Shown: positions 26,731 through 38,630 of the stretch, piece after piece | How the letters are laid out: each line of letters begins with the position of its first letter | Numbering within the stretch: position 1 is the first letter of the stretch | Source of the DNA: Hydrolagus affinis | Lineage: Eukaryota | Assembly (NCBI GenBank): GCA_012026655.1 | Contig: JAAILG010000161.1 | Coordinates: 62,001-126,000 of the forward strand | Length of the DNA stretch: 64,000 bases | Direction of reading: 5' to 3' | Made by a program: the position numbers and the translations under genes | Notes under the pieces: generated by a model | Databases searched by the model: none | Seen by the model: the letters and a program-made list of their open reading frames with translations, nothing else | What the model was told of the DNA's origin: nothing

Positions 26731-29632
26731 TTTATAAGAAAATAATTAAAAAACTGAGGAAAAAAAGCAGACTGTGGAGACAATTCATATTATATGATTC
26801 TATGAGGCTTTAGGATAGCAGTCGCTGCTTTGGACAATAATTAGAGCAGAAATTCTGACACTGTGATAATATCATTGCTCATCATTATCAGTTTGAACAT
26901 CTCATTTTTTTCACCCCACATACAGAAAGTCTTGATATATTTAAATGCTAAACATTCATTGTATTTAAGTTTTGTCGCTCAATGTATTTTCAGGAATTCA
27001 GTTTGAATCTTAAAGAGGCACTAACAAGTTCAAGCAATGTATTGTAAAAATATCAGTGCTTAGAGATAATGCATTTGAAACTCATTTTTCTAACAACTGC
27101 TCAACGTCGAAACCCTGTCTGTTTGCTCATATATTTTGGACAGAATGCTGAATTTATATTTTTATATTGTTGTGAGATTCCAAATCACTATCAAATTACC
27201 ATATTGTAGCAAGTCCAAATTTCTATTAACTCAGGGAAAATGGATTTATCCCGAGAATGTATTTTGCAGCTAATGCATACAGACACATTACATATCTGAA
27301 ATTTGGAAAGCAGTGTGTTATTCATGTTATATAAACTTAGATCAGTTTGAATCATTGTGTGGTAAATTGGCTTTCAATTCTCCAATGTCTGTAGAGCTAT
27401 CATTGCTAATGAGCTGCTCTTGCCAATTTTGTTTGAGACACATGAACTAGGGAGCATTGTTTTGATTCCAATATACAATTGGTCTAAAATTGTTAATGAA
27501 ACATCTGTGGGTATTATGCTGTTTTTTTCACATTGAACTTCATGTCTGTAGTTTTGTGTCATTTATATGTTTTTAATCAGTTGACCACTTGCCCAAACAA
27601 TTGTAAAACACTTCTTATGCCAAGTACACATTTGGCAGGGAATCCACTGTTAATTGAAGTCTTGACACTGTGAGCAACACTGGATTCTTGTTTCTGAATC
27701 AAGCTAAACAACTTTTTCCACAGTATTATTGTGTAATTCACACCAGGCTCGCTTTCTCCATTTTCCTTTAAAAGTTCTCGCAGATAACCACGTATTTTGA
27801 GCAGATGCAGTTTTGTATTTTTGAATAATGCAACTAAAAGGTGGTAAATATCCCATTGCTCTTATGCTGTAACATGTGCAAAGACAGAAATAAGAAAGCG
27901 AGTGTTGAGACCGGACTTTCAGCCTGTCAATCTTGCCCCTTCCACGACCTTACAATGAATGAGTCTATTGTAATCTATCAATTTGCCCTGACACTCTAAT
28001 TCTTGGGGGAAAGTATTCTGGAAATCCATTTACAACAACAACAAAAAACAACTTACATTTATATAGCACCCTTCACATTATATATAGCATTATGTAGCAT
28101 CCCAGAGTGCTTTCAGAAACTCAATGGCAATAAGGAAAAATACTCAAACATATTCACCAATCCGTCACCTTCCGTTCCCTTCCAAGACAACCTTCTTCAG
28201 TCCTCTTTGATCAAATCATTCAGTTTTCTTTGTGTCCATCACAAGTTGGTTTCTTGGAGGAGTCTGTACCACTAAAGTTGTGGTGGGAATTATATAAGCA
28301 CTGCTATATGTGCACTTTTGAGTTTAGCACGAAGAATATTACAATGCAGTAACATCTCATTATCGCTAAGTGTTAGTAACGGGACTATTACGGAAAGCTT
28401 TCTTTGTTTTACGTTATAATACTTTATCTTAGTGATATTATAAATCAGTGTCTGAATATAAATGGGGCCTTTATCATAGTGTATACATATACATTTTTCC
28501 TGCACAGCTTCAAATTTAAATCATGTTCAAGGTATAGATTAATTGTCTTATTTATTCTGCATACTATATTTGTGTTCTATCTCCTATTTTGAGAAGCATC
28601 CATTGGTCCATAAGTCTTTTAGGACCATTAAAAACAAAAGTTACAATGACTAAGTATTCAAGATTTCTTCAAATAACATTTGGACTCAATCAAACATACA
28701 GTATTCCACATTTATAACATTAAAAATTACCCAATTTTGAGTGATATCAAAAGTAACAGCTAAAAAGCTTTTCTGGAAACTAATGGAGTAAACTTTTAAA
28801 AGTAAAGGTTTTAAGTTTGACCGCTCCCAGGTGTTCTAATTGCTTGCCCTTAACTTTAACATTATTAAGGAGTCAGCAGTGGTGCCATCTATAATTATTA
28901 TTAATAATAATGATAACATATTCGGTGCTTGATTTGCAGAGCTCTGCTCATACATAGATGTGCATATTCAGAGCTCCACTTCACTTATGGTGAGCCCAAG
29001 GCAAAAGGAATGCAGAGTTGACATATAACCTCATCTAAAATATGAATTAATTGTTGAACGCATTATGCCTTGTTTCTGCTATTCAGTACACTTAGACCAA
29101 TAAAATTTTGCATATCACTGCTTATACTTCATCTGCAGAAGGCTGCTGTCCACATGGGCTTATTTGCAGTTGGTGATTCGGGCATCATCTCCTGATTTAT
29201 TTTTTACATTATCTCTTGAACCTTATTAGCAACAAGCATGGCCTATTTATCATATCAGCAGGTTACCAACTGACATTTACCCCATCCTTTTCTTAAGTGA
29301 TGAATTAACCCATCAAAAAGTAATCAGCCAACGTTTATTCCGAAGAGGTAAGTACAATCTCAACCCCACCTTCCTCCTTCCACCCGCCTTTTAGTTCAGT
29401 GAAGCTCATCAATGTCACCCATACTTATGTGATCCATCTAAACCAAATTTGGCAAGAGTCCAACAGAAGACGCATATTTAAATGTCGTGAAGAAATAATG
29501 CAGGAAGGTGGAGAAGAGGAGTGAAAGTGAACAGTGCAGGTCTCTTTGGGAAGTATAACCTGCAACTGATTCATAGACTGTTAAGCATTAAGTAGACTTG
29601 TGATAGTAATCTGTTTTTCCCTCCCCTAACAG

Positions 29633-29713
29633 CATTTCCTACGTGCACTCCTCTGACACAATTCACCTGTAATAGTGGAAGATGCATCACTATCAAATGG
29701 CGCTGCGATTCAG
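29633..29713 (+). CDS. LRP1B: LRP1B-like exon (~19): N-terminal part of CR6
   Basis: ctaacag| ... |gtaata. Translates [26 protein letters not shown]. Confidence 0.93.
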
Positions 29714-30758
29714 GTAATACAGTCACGTACAATGAGTGACATGAATGATGGCCCTCTAATAGCTAACATCTAATGGAAGCATTAAACATTAAAAGGTGCT
29801 ATTTTATGCACCAACTCATTTTTAGTGTGAGTTTGAAATGAAAGCTGATGCCCGGCATTCACTTTTTTGCCAGAATTTTTTTTTAATTGTTTCGAGATTA
29901 TTCTTGTTTTGTCCTGCGGCGAGGGAATACCATAGGTCTTTATGCAACTGTTGGACAGATCTGAGAGTGGATTCTGTGTAATTTCATTGGGTCGTAAATC
30001 AGTAACAACTTGTACCTAAAAACATCTTTTCTAATGGCTTGTACATAACAAACAACAGATGTACATCAGATGGGATTAATTGTAAACAGTAAAAACCCTT
30101 CACATGTTCTGTTTGATACCTGTAAAAGCAGCAAAAAGATATTGAAGAAAAACTTTAAGGATTATTATCACATGCAACAGACATCCCCATCATAATTCTT
30201 TACGTTACTCAGTCTTCAAGTCAGCGTTTCCTTTCCTTCAATGTGCCTTCATTTATCGGATGCTCATAGCTAATTAATGGAAATAAAATTTTACATTCTC
30301 CTCTGGCATCCGTGCGTGCCTATCAATATTGGCTGAATCATTTCAGTTTAGTTTTATTCAGTCTGTGGAATCTCCCCACACAATCCTCTCATGGAGTGAT
30401 GTGTTTTTATTTGCACTTTCTCCCCTATCTTAACACATAACAGAAACCTGATTTCAAGGTTGTAAACTTTTGTCAGGATTTATGATGCGATTCAGTCCCT
30501 GATTATCCATTACTGCAGGCATTATACTTTCTCGGTGATGCTGAATGCATTGCAATGCATGCAATACCATTGACCTCAGAGTCAAATAATATTCCCCGGA
30601 GCATGGACTTTGCATGGCACTTTTGGATCAGATGAGAATTATTTCCATTTTCATGTCGCATTTGTTTTCTTTCGAGCTCAATGTCTTACTTCTCTGATTC
30701 TTTTTGACATGGTCCCTATTATGGTCATTTTATATATAATGTCGTGTTGTATTCACAG

Positions 30759-30926
30759 AGGATGACTGTGGAGATGGCAGTGATGAGGTGGGCTGCACTC
30801 CTTCATGTTCAAATTCTCAGTTTAAGTGTAACAATGGTCGATGTGTCCCTGAACATTGGATCTGCGATGGAGACAACGATTGCGGTGACTTCACTGATGA
30901 GACCCACGCTAACTGCACTGAGCCAG
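30759..30926 (+). CDS. LRP1B: LRP1B-like exon (~20): end of CR6 plus CR7
   Basis: ttcacag| ... |gtttgc. Translates [55 protein letters not shown]. Confidence 0.93.
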
Positions 30927-31775
30927 GTTTGCTTTTTGAATGATGACCTGTATCCATTTCCAAAGCTCGTAACAGTGAGGGTGGAATTTTCACAAGTATA
31001 GAGCGAAAAATTTCTACAGTATTATAAATCTTGTCTCGCGGTGTCCTGCGCTGAATTTCATCTGCACCTGAAGCAATTTAATATAGCAGCTGAAAGACTG
31101 ATACTGACATTTAAAAAAAAACGATTGTGGTCTAATATGCTGGATTTCTTCATAAGAGCTTGAAATTCCAGAAGCCTGCATTGACCCTGCCCTGGATCAT
31201 TTATGCATGAATATCCAGTGGATTAATTTGACAAATTTAAAAAGTCAGTGGAGAGAGCCCCAATTTATGTGATTTTGATTTGTTATCAAGGGATTCCCAT
31301 TAGAAATGCTGCATTAAGCACACCATTGTGTATATTTTTCCTCAAAACTAATGTGTGAGAAATATTCATTCGGTACAGGTACTTGAGATCTTGTAAACGA
31401 CCAGCATTATCTGACACAAGCCATGGCCTTCAGAAAGGAAGATGGGAGAACGTTTGAGGGAACACATATCTTTTATAGAAGAACTCATGCCATCAAAATA
31501 CACTTTGTGATTCTTCTCCTTCCTTTATTCAGAATTAGCTCTTGCATTCACAATACGTTTAATTTCTACTTGATTCCCTGATGCAGAGAAAAGTGAAAAG
31601 GAACATTGCAAACTCTACAATGAATTGAGGGCACCGATAAATGAGTTTTTACGATTCATTACAGCAACAAAAACAACTGCAAAAACAAAGTTATACATGT
31701 ATAGTGCCTTTCAAGTCAGGAGGACAGCCAAGGTCTATTTCTATTGTGATTGAAGTGTTTTCATTCTCCCCACAG

Positions 31776-31958
31776 CTACAAGGTCGCCTGATGGTTGTCA
31801 CAGAAAGCAGTTTCAGTGCCGAGTCGATGGACATTGTGTTCCTCTGCGTTGGCGTTGTGATGGGGACTGGGACTGTGAAGATGGCAGCGATGAAAACAAC
31901 TGTGAAGAAAATACAAGACCCTGCAACTCCCACACAGAATTTAGGTGTACAGACTCTG
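31776..31958 (+). CDS. LRP1B: LRP1B-like exon (~21): CR8 plus start of CR9
   Basis: cccacag| ... |gtatga. Translates [60 protein letters not shown]. Confidence 0.93.
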
Positions 31959-32089
31959 GTATGATTACGATTACTGCATTGTATGTGTGTGACCTATTCA
32001 TCAGGGAATGTGTCTCATTGCCAGTACCATCCCATGCAACTTCAGATGAATCTGACAAACCTACCAATGAGTTCAGCATTGGATTCAGA

Positions 32090-32580
32090 AGATCACACAA
32101 TCACAGGAGTAATATGGGTGAAGTAGGCCCATTTGTCCTTTCTGTTTTCACTGAATCTTCTGCCCATTTCCAATCAAGTTGATTTTTGTAATGAATCCGT
32201 AATTCTGGTCACTTTCATTGTTCCTTCTACCCTATTCCAGCTGTTGATTAATCTCTATGAAATATAGTTATCATAAAATTGTGTTTTATAATCTTGAACC
32301 TATACTCTCTTGTCCAGCTGCCTTAGTGTGTCTGGAAGTATGGTTGTGAATTCATGTTCTCCATCTTCTTTCGCCTCTGGGACATTTCTTTTCAAAACTG
32401 AAAATCCTATCTTATCTATGTTTTCCCTTCAAACACATTCTTCTATCACTGGGAATCAGCCTTGTTGCTCTATTTTGGTATTGCCTCTATGGTTTTAGTT
32501 GCACTTGAACAACTGGTGATAAGAAATGTAGACAACACTCCTAAGTATGGCCTAAACAAAGCTCTATGCCACTTGAATAT
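32090..32580 (-). mobile_element. Ancient CR1 LINE 3' fragment
   Basis: Weak similarity to the 58863-59399 CR1 (ggtgataagaaatgtagacaacactcc vs ggtgaccagaattgaacacaatactc). Confidence 0.45.
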
Positions 32581-33961
32581 GATTCCTGGTGTAATGAACT
32601 TAAGTGATTTGACAATGTAGCTCTATAGAAGTGTCTGCAATGAAAAATATGCTTCAAAGAACTTTGGAGGATGTGTATGATTTAGGCAAAACTACATTTT
32701 TAGACATGTTGAACAATTTCTCAGTTAATACCTTTAGATATTTTTTAGCTCTCCTAAATCATTTCTAAACATAATTTTTCAGTTTGTGCTACAGAAGCTT
32801 ACATTGGTGGGTTTCAAGCACATAAAACAAATTTAACAATGCTAATAGACTAGTTAAAGCATTTATGTTGAGCCTAAAGAGGTTGTAGTTTTGAGTTACA
32901 CAATATTTCAGTGATTCGGTTTCATAGACAGTGCTTTTACTGAATCATGCTCACTTTATCTCACTTTCAATCCTCTTTCAATAGTATTTCAGCTCACAAG
33001 CATCCTGTATACATAAATATCAGGTGGTGAAATGCATTCCCAGCAGTAAACAACTCTTAAAATTACATTGAGCTAAATCCTGTGGATAATGTATTCTATC
33101 CTGTGAAAATATATATCTGTTGAATATCTTAATGCTGGAGGCATCATGGTTGAGAGAAGCTGTACTGTTGAACACTTTTATCTTTACAACACAATATAGT
33201 GAGCAAATTCAGACTTTATATATCTCAAATGCCAATTTAACTTTGAAAAATTCAGAAGAACATAAGCAATGTATCTACTCAAAATATAAAACACCCTACA
33301 GCATTTGAGTAAAATGTGTACAGTCTTTACTGTTCCTGCGCAGTTGGCACAACATATTAAAATAAAATACAAATGCAGATTATCCCATCCATATAACCTA
33401 ATTATGGATGCTTTGAGCAAACAATTAGTGTTTACAAGTCTAGTAATTCATGTGTTAGAAGCCAGGAGTGCATTAGAAAAAGAAAGGATTATTGTATTTC
33501 TGGTCAGCCTCAAAGTAAAAATAACTGTACATTATTCTATGAATGCAAGTTATACGCTGCATGGACAAGTGATCTCTTTCTGTGCTGTAATATCCACGAT
33601 TCCATGTCTTGTAATCTTTGTTCTTCAAAAATACACTTTCTCTTCACTGTGAAAGGACCTCGATCAAATTGAAGGTTTTTAAAAAACTTTTTGTCCCCTC
33701 AAAGTGAAAAGTGCTGTTTGAAAACAAAGGACTTTTTTGGGTGTAATTAATTTACTTGACAAATAGTTATTGAAATTCCTTTTTGAATTTACTGCCTTCT
33801 CAAATGGCTCATTGGCTTCTCTGATTTCACAGGTTCACCTCTGTGCGTGTAACTCACCAGCTCACCTTTCCTCTTCTGAGTTTGAGCCGCTTGGAGATTT
33901 TATGACTAAGATTTTGAAGTTACCATAAATTTTATGTATAGTGTATTTAACATTATAAATA

Positions 33962-34352
33962 TGATTCTTGCATTTAATATCGTGCCTTATCAAATCATTG
34001 AGATGTCTCAAGCGGTTTGAGACATTGATAAGATGTGAAAAGCGGTATATCAAACGCAAGGATTATTATTATTATTAAAGCACTTTACAGTACAGTACAT
34101 ACTGTAAAGTGAATTGACTGTATATTTTTGTGCGCGAAAAGTGTCAGCAATTGTGTACAGCAGTGTGTCCCACAAACAGTTGTGGATTGAGTGACCAAAT
34201 TATTATTTATTTTTTGAAGAAATTATTACCCACTGCTTTGTAAACAGAGGTGTATGGAGTAAGGAAACTTGCTCATCATTTTGACCTGGGAATTAAACCC
34301 AGGTCCCCCACATTTGAGGCAAGTGCTTTAACCAGTAAGCTACAGGACTTCC
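33962..34352 (-). mobile_element. tRNA-derived SINE (antisense) containing an inverted tail-only insertion (34010-34076)
   Basis: Minus-strand tail, body and head interrupted at gtctc|aaagc by plus-strand aagcggtttgagac...gcaagg(att)n. Confidence 0.8.
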
Positions 34353-34492
34353 AATGTTGTGACAGTGCCTCAAAAGTGCTTGAATTTGCTTTTAGAAAGA
34401 TGTCTATGAAACATACAATGTTGAAATATCTCAAAGGACTGTACATTCATCCATCCAGTAACTGAGTATCCATTGTATTCTGTCCATCAAAG

Positions 34493-34693
34493 GAAGATGC
34501 ATCAACATCACTTGGGTCTGCGATGGAGATGGCGACTGTGAGGACCACTCGGATGAGGAGAGCTGTGGAACATCTGGTTGCAAACTACCAACTTACCCTT
34601 GTGCTGAAAACACTTCCATTTGCCTTCAGCCAGAGAAGTTTTGCAATGGGAAAAAGGATTGTCCACATGGGTCAGATGAGACTGCGCTCTGTG
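34493..34693 (+). CDS. LRP1B: LRP1B-like exon (~22): end of CR9 plus CR10
   Basis: catcaaag| (AAG acceptor) ... |gtaggt. Translates [66 protein letters not shown]. Confidence 0.92.
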
Positions 34694-35464
34694 GTAGGTT
34701 CTCCTGCTAGTTAGTTTAAAGATTTGTCAGAAACTCCGGCTTGATACCACATACTGTTGCATTAAAAAAAAAGGCTGATTGATCAACTGTGAAAAGTAAT
34801 GCCAGAAAAGTGTTTCTTGAATAAAGAACAAGTTCCGGGCTTCATATTTATAAGTGACCCTTCGAAACTACAAATATTTTGATTGCGGAAAGGACTCGCT
34901 TCGGGTGGGGCCATTGCGCATATCATTTTCTACAAAATGATATTCGAGTAAGTGATGTATTGTATTGCTTCAAATATCAAATATTCATAAAGGTGAATTC
35001 ACAGGTATAAATTGGTCCCTGGCATGATCCAATAGATAAGCATAAATGAATGTGTAACAGAGTTGAACATTCATAATCCAATCAATCAAAATTTGTATAG
35101 TGCTGTATCCTCCTTGCAGCTGAAATGGCTCCAAGGTGACATATTTGGCAATGGAATGTCAGAATCGAGCCACCTTCTGTGGTGGTCTCAATAGTCTGGC
35201 TCTTGAACCAGGCGAGTGTACAGTACTCTAGGGCACTGCTGATCACAGCAAAGCCAGGCTGTCTCATTAGCAGGACTTTGCACTTAGCCACCATTAAATC
35301 TGCAAGCCAAAACCCTAACAGGCCATAGCTGGGAAAACAGCAGGAATGTCTGCCAGGCTGTCAATGGCAAACTATCAGTTTTAGCTGGATAAACTCCACA
35401 AGTACCTCAGTGCACACTCTGGGCTCCCAAGCCTTGGCTATTGCCAACCTGCAACTAATATTTT

Positions 35465-35522
35465 CAACAACAACTTCGATTTATATAGCGCCCTCCACGC
35501 CGGACGGCGTCTCAGAGCGCTT
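35465..35522 (-). mobile_element. Young L2 family-B tail-only insertion
   Basis: 44 nt identical to 49451-49494 in reverse complement; CpGs intact. Confidence 0.85.
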
Positions 35523-36666
35523 AAAATGTTTAAAATGTTTTAATTTCCAGACTTAGGTGAACTGGATGCCTCCCTCCAGGGAAATTGTGTGCATCCGATT
35601 CCAACAATCTATCTCTGGAATTTCCATGTCACAGATGGGTTGCATGGAACTCTCAGTTTGATCACTCTTAAGCATGGTGATGAGTTTTCGCATGTGTCAG
35701 ACACCCGACTGACTCCCAAAACATCATGAAGCTGTCCCTAAGCTGTCCATCTGACTGCAATGGATCTGAAGGATGCCTTAGGCAAATTTCACAATTTTGC
35801 AGAGTTCTTTCCTCGTGAGGTTAGGGGGGTTACTTTGTTCGGTGTCTCCCTGCAGCTGATTGTAACATATCTAAACTGAGAACACTTAATGAGGCCTCAA
35901 AATGGAAGAGTTCCAATCTCATGTTACCAGACTTTTAAATTTCACTCTTAATGGCATTGTCTCAGCAATTGATTATGGAGTTGATAAGATATACTTAACA
36001 AAACTGTCAGTGATATTGACACCTGACTACTATTAAAAAAGCATCTCATACTATAAATTATGTATTCAATAGGGTAGTCCCAATGATACCAATTTGCAAG
36101 ATCTCGGCTCCATCTTGGGCTAGTCTCAGCATGACATACATGTTGTTCTCTGCTGGAGATATAGTTTAAGCCAAAAGGTACTTGTTACAACAGTGAGATA
36201 TCAGTAATTCTGTCACTTTCCTGAAGATTGTTTCTTCTAGCACATGTGGTCCATTTGTCTAAGTTTTTTTTAAAGTATGAACACATATTATGTCAAGTAA
36301 GACTCCAAATTGGAATCCCTCCTGATGTGCCCTTATAGCTGAAAAATCATGTACTTGGAACTTTCCAATCAGTCAGTTTCAAAGAGTAGGAATAGGAGTA
36401 ACAAATCTAATTACAAATGTCCCAGCAGTCAACCTTATCTGAACATAAATGTAGTCTTTATTTGTGAGTGTTTTCTGTGTGATTCTTGTGCTGACCACAG
36501 CTCGGGTTGGAAACACTGATTCATCAGTGCCTTGGGACGTCCTTTTGACATGAAAGGCACTGTACAAATATAATTTTGTTGTTGTTGAATTATGTGTTCT
36601 GTAAAAGGTATATGGTAAGACTTCAGCGAGTTGTTCTTTAAAATAATTGGATGCTTTTGTTCACAG

Positions 36667-36912
36667 ATGAGTGCTTTCTGAATAACGGAGGTTGCAGTCA
36701 CCACTGCACGTTTGTGACTGGGGAAGGTATTGTGTGCTCTTGTCCTTCAGGAATGCATCTGAGCTCAGATAAAAAGACGTGTGTTGTCCTTGACTACTGT
36801 AGTAAACACCTCAAGTGCAGTCAAGTGTGTGAGCAGCACAAAAAGACAATTAAATGCTCCTGCTACAAGGGCTGGATGCTTGCAGTAGACGGTGACAATT
36901 GCATCAGTTTAG
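36667..36912 (+). CDS. LRP1B: LRP1B-like exon (~23): two EGF-like repeats
   Basis: ttcacag| ... |gtaggt. Translates [13 protein letters not shown]...[40 protein letters not shown]. Confidence 0.94.
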
Positions 36913-37003
36913 GTAGGTCATGCCAACCTGCAATGACTGTTCCATTTAATGTGTATTTGCCTTCATGCAATAAACTCAGATCTGTGTTTTCTTCATTCAA
37001 CAG

Positions 37004-37201
37004 ATCCTTTTGAGCCATATATAATTTTTTCCATTCGCCATGAGATTCGAAGGCTAGATCTTCACAAACACGATTATAATTTATTAGTGCCTGGCTTGAG
37101 GAACACAATAGCAATTGACTTTCACTTCAACCAAAGCTCTCTTTATTGGACTGATGTTGTGGAAGATAAAATTTATAAAGGAAAGCTTTCTGAGGTCGGA
37201 G
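37004..37201 (+). CDS. LRP1B: LRP1B-like exon (~24): start of YWTD beta-propeller
   Basis: tcaacag| ... |gtatga, after a 91-nt intron. Translates [19 protein letters not shown]...[28 protein letters not shown]. Confidence 0.94.
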
Positions 37202-37214
37202 GTATGACATTTTA

Positions 37215-37375
37215 TATTCTCAAAACCCTCCTCTTCAAACGCACCTTCGGTCACTCTCCTGCCATCCACCACTCCTGCTCCCAACCCCTTTCTCAGATCC
37301 AGATGCCTCATGGCCCAGTTTCTTGGGACACCTCTGGACACGAAAGCCACTATGCAAATATAATTTATTGTTGTT
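37215..37375 (+). mobile_element. L2 3' end just downstream of the exon-24 donor
   Basis: ctcaaaaccctcctcttc...gggacacctctggacacgaaagccactatgcaaatataatttattgttgtt. Confidence 0.7.
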
Positions 37376-37984
37376 ATAGATGTTTACAATGATCTTGTAG
37401 GTTTACTATTAGAACGTATAATAATAAACCTGTCAATACAGAATTATTGCACTTTCACTCTAGTGTTGGTTCAATACTGAGTGTTAATCAATTTGAACGT
37501 TGAGCTAGAGTGGTTCAGATGTAAGGAAATGTATCTTTTTGACAATTGTGCAAATTAGAAGGCAACTGTGGACATTTAGGATTACCTACTGTAATCTTGT
37601 GTCGATACCCAAAATAGCTGCACCTTGAAATAATGCTGCTGTAACTTAAATAGAAATGGGGTCAATGACATTAGTTATTAATGTTGCACCATTATGTTTT
37701 CGTTTATCATTCTGCGCTACAGTCTTTTATTTCACACATGTAAAGCTGCCACAAAAAAGCCTGGTAGGAACAAGTTGCCCACTTATGACATTTGTTTGGT
37801 TTGGAAAAGTAGCGATGCTGCTTGGGTGAAACGAAGATCAATCTGAGCTACAAGGACCTAAGGTGCACTAATGTGAAAGTTTTGTTTTTGTTTTTGAAAT
37901 ACTATATGCATTCAATTAGGAAATTAGGTATAGGAAACAAAGAATTGCTGTAATGTTTGCTGCACAATTTGAACTCATGCAGAA

Positions 37985-38130
37985 ATCATAGAATCATTGA
38001 ATTTTTCAGCACAAAAGGAGGCCATTTGGCCCATCAAGTCTGTGCCGGCTCTTTGAAATTAGCTATTCAATCCCACTCCCTGGCTCTCTCACCATAACCT
38101 GAAAACCCATCCTCTCCAAATAAGCATCCA
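37985..38130 (-). mobile_element. CR1 3' end
   Basis: atcatagaatc tail plus caaaaggaggccatttggcccatc; homologous to 58863. Confidence 0.75.
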
Positions 38131-38425
38131 TAGAACATGGATGAAATAGAACAAAAGATATATATTATCTGATTATATTCATTCATTCAGGCTTTAGTAG
38201 GCAATGTTGTACTCCAGGAGTAAAACCTTTTTTTTAAAAAAAAATTGAGTCCAACAAACACATGAAACTTATGCAATATGCTGGTGGTAACATTTATGGT
38301 TTTCTTTTCACTTTACTCAGTTATAAATAGGATAAAATGAACAGTGTTCCACCAATTTATGATGTCGTTTTAATGCTGAAAGGATTTTGTTTCTAACCAC
38401 AGTGCTCTCTCGCCTGTTTTTTCAG

Positions 38426-38630
38426 CTGTGAGCAATGTAGAGGTTATTGTGCAACATGGTCTAGACACTCCCGAAGGTTTAGCGGTCGACTGGATTGCAG
38501 GAAACATTTATTGGATAGACAGCAAAATGGAACAGATTGAAGTAGCAAAACTGGATGGCAGCATGCGGACAACCTTAATTGCAGGTGCCATGGTGTACCC
38601 TCGTGCCATCGCTTTGGATCCTCGATACGG
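38426..38630 (+). CDS. LRP1B: LRP1B-like exon (~25): YWTD repeats
   Basis: tttcag| ... |gttagt, phase 1-2. Translates [32 protein letters not shown]...[11 protein letters not shown]. Confidence 0.94.

Noticed and set aside
30744-34714. ORF-track entries overlapping exons in other frames (30744-31001, 31641-31964, 34523-34714)
   Set aside because: Off-frame shadows of real LDLa exons. The Cys-rich frame is the one joined by splice sites.
35680-35740. Possible RTE-clade LINE remnant (DTRLPK-like)
   Set aside because: The match is only a few codons and interrupted, too weak to call.
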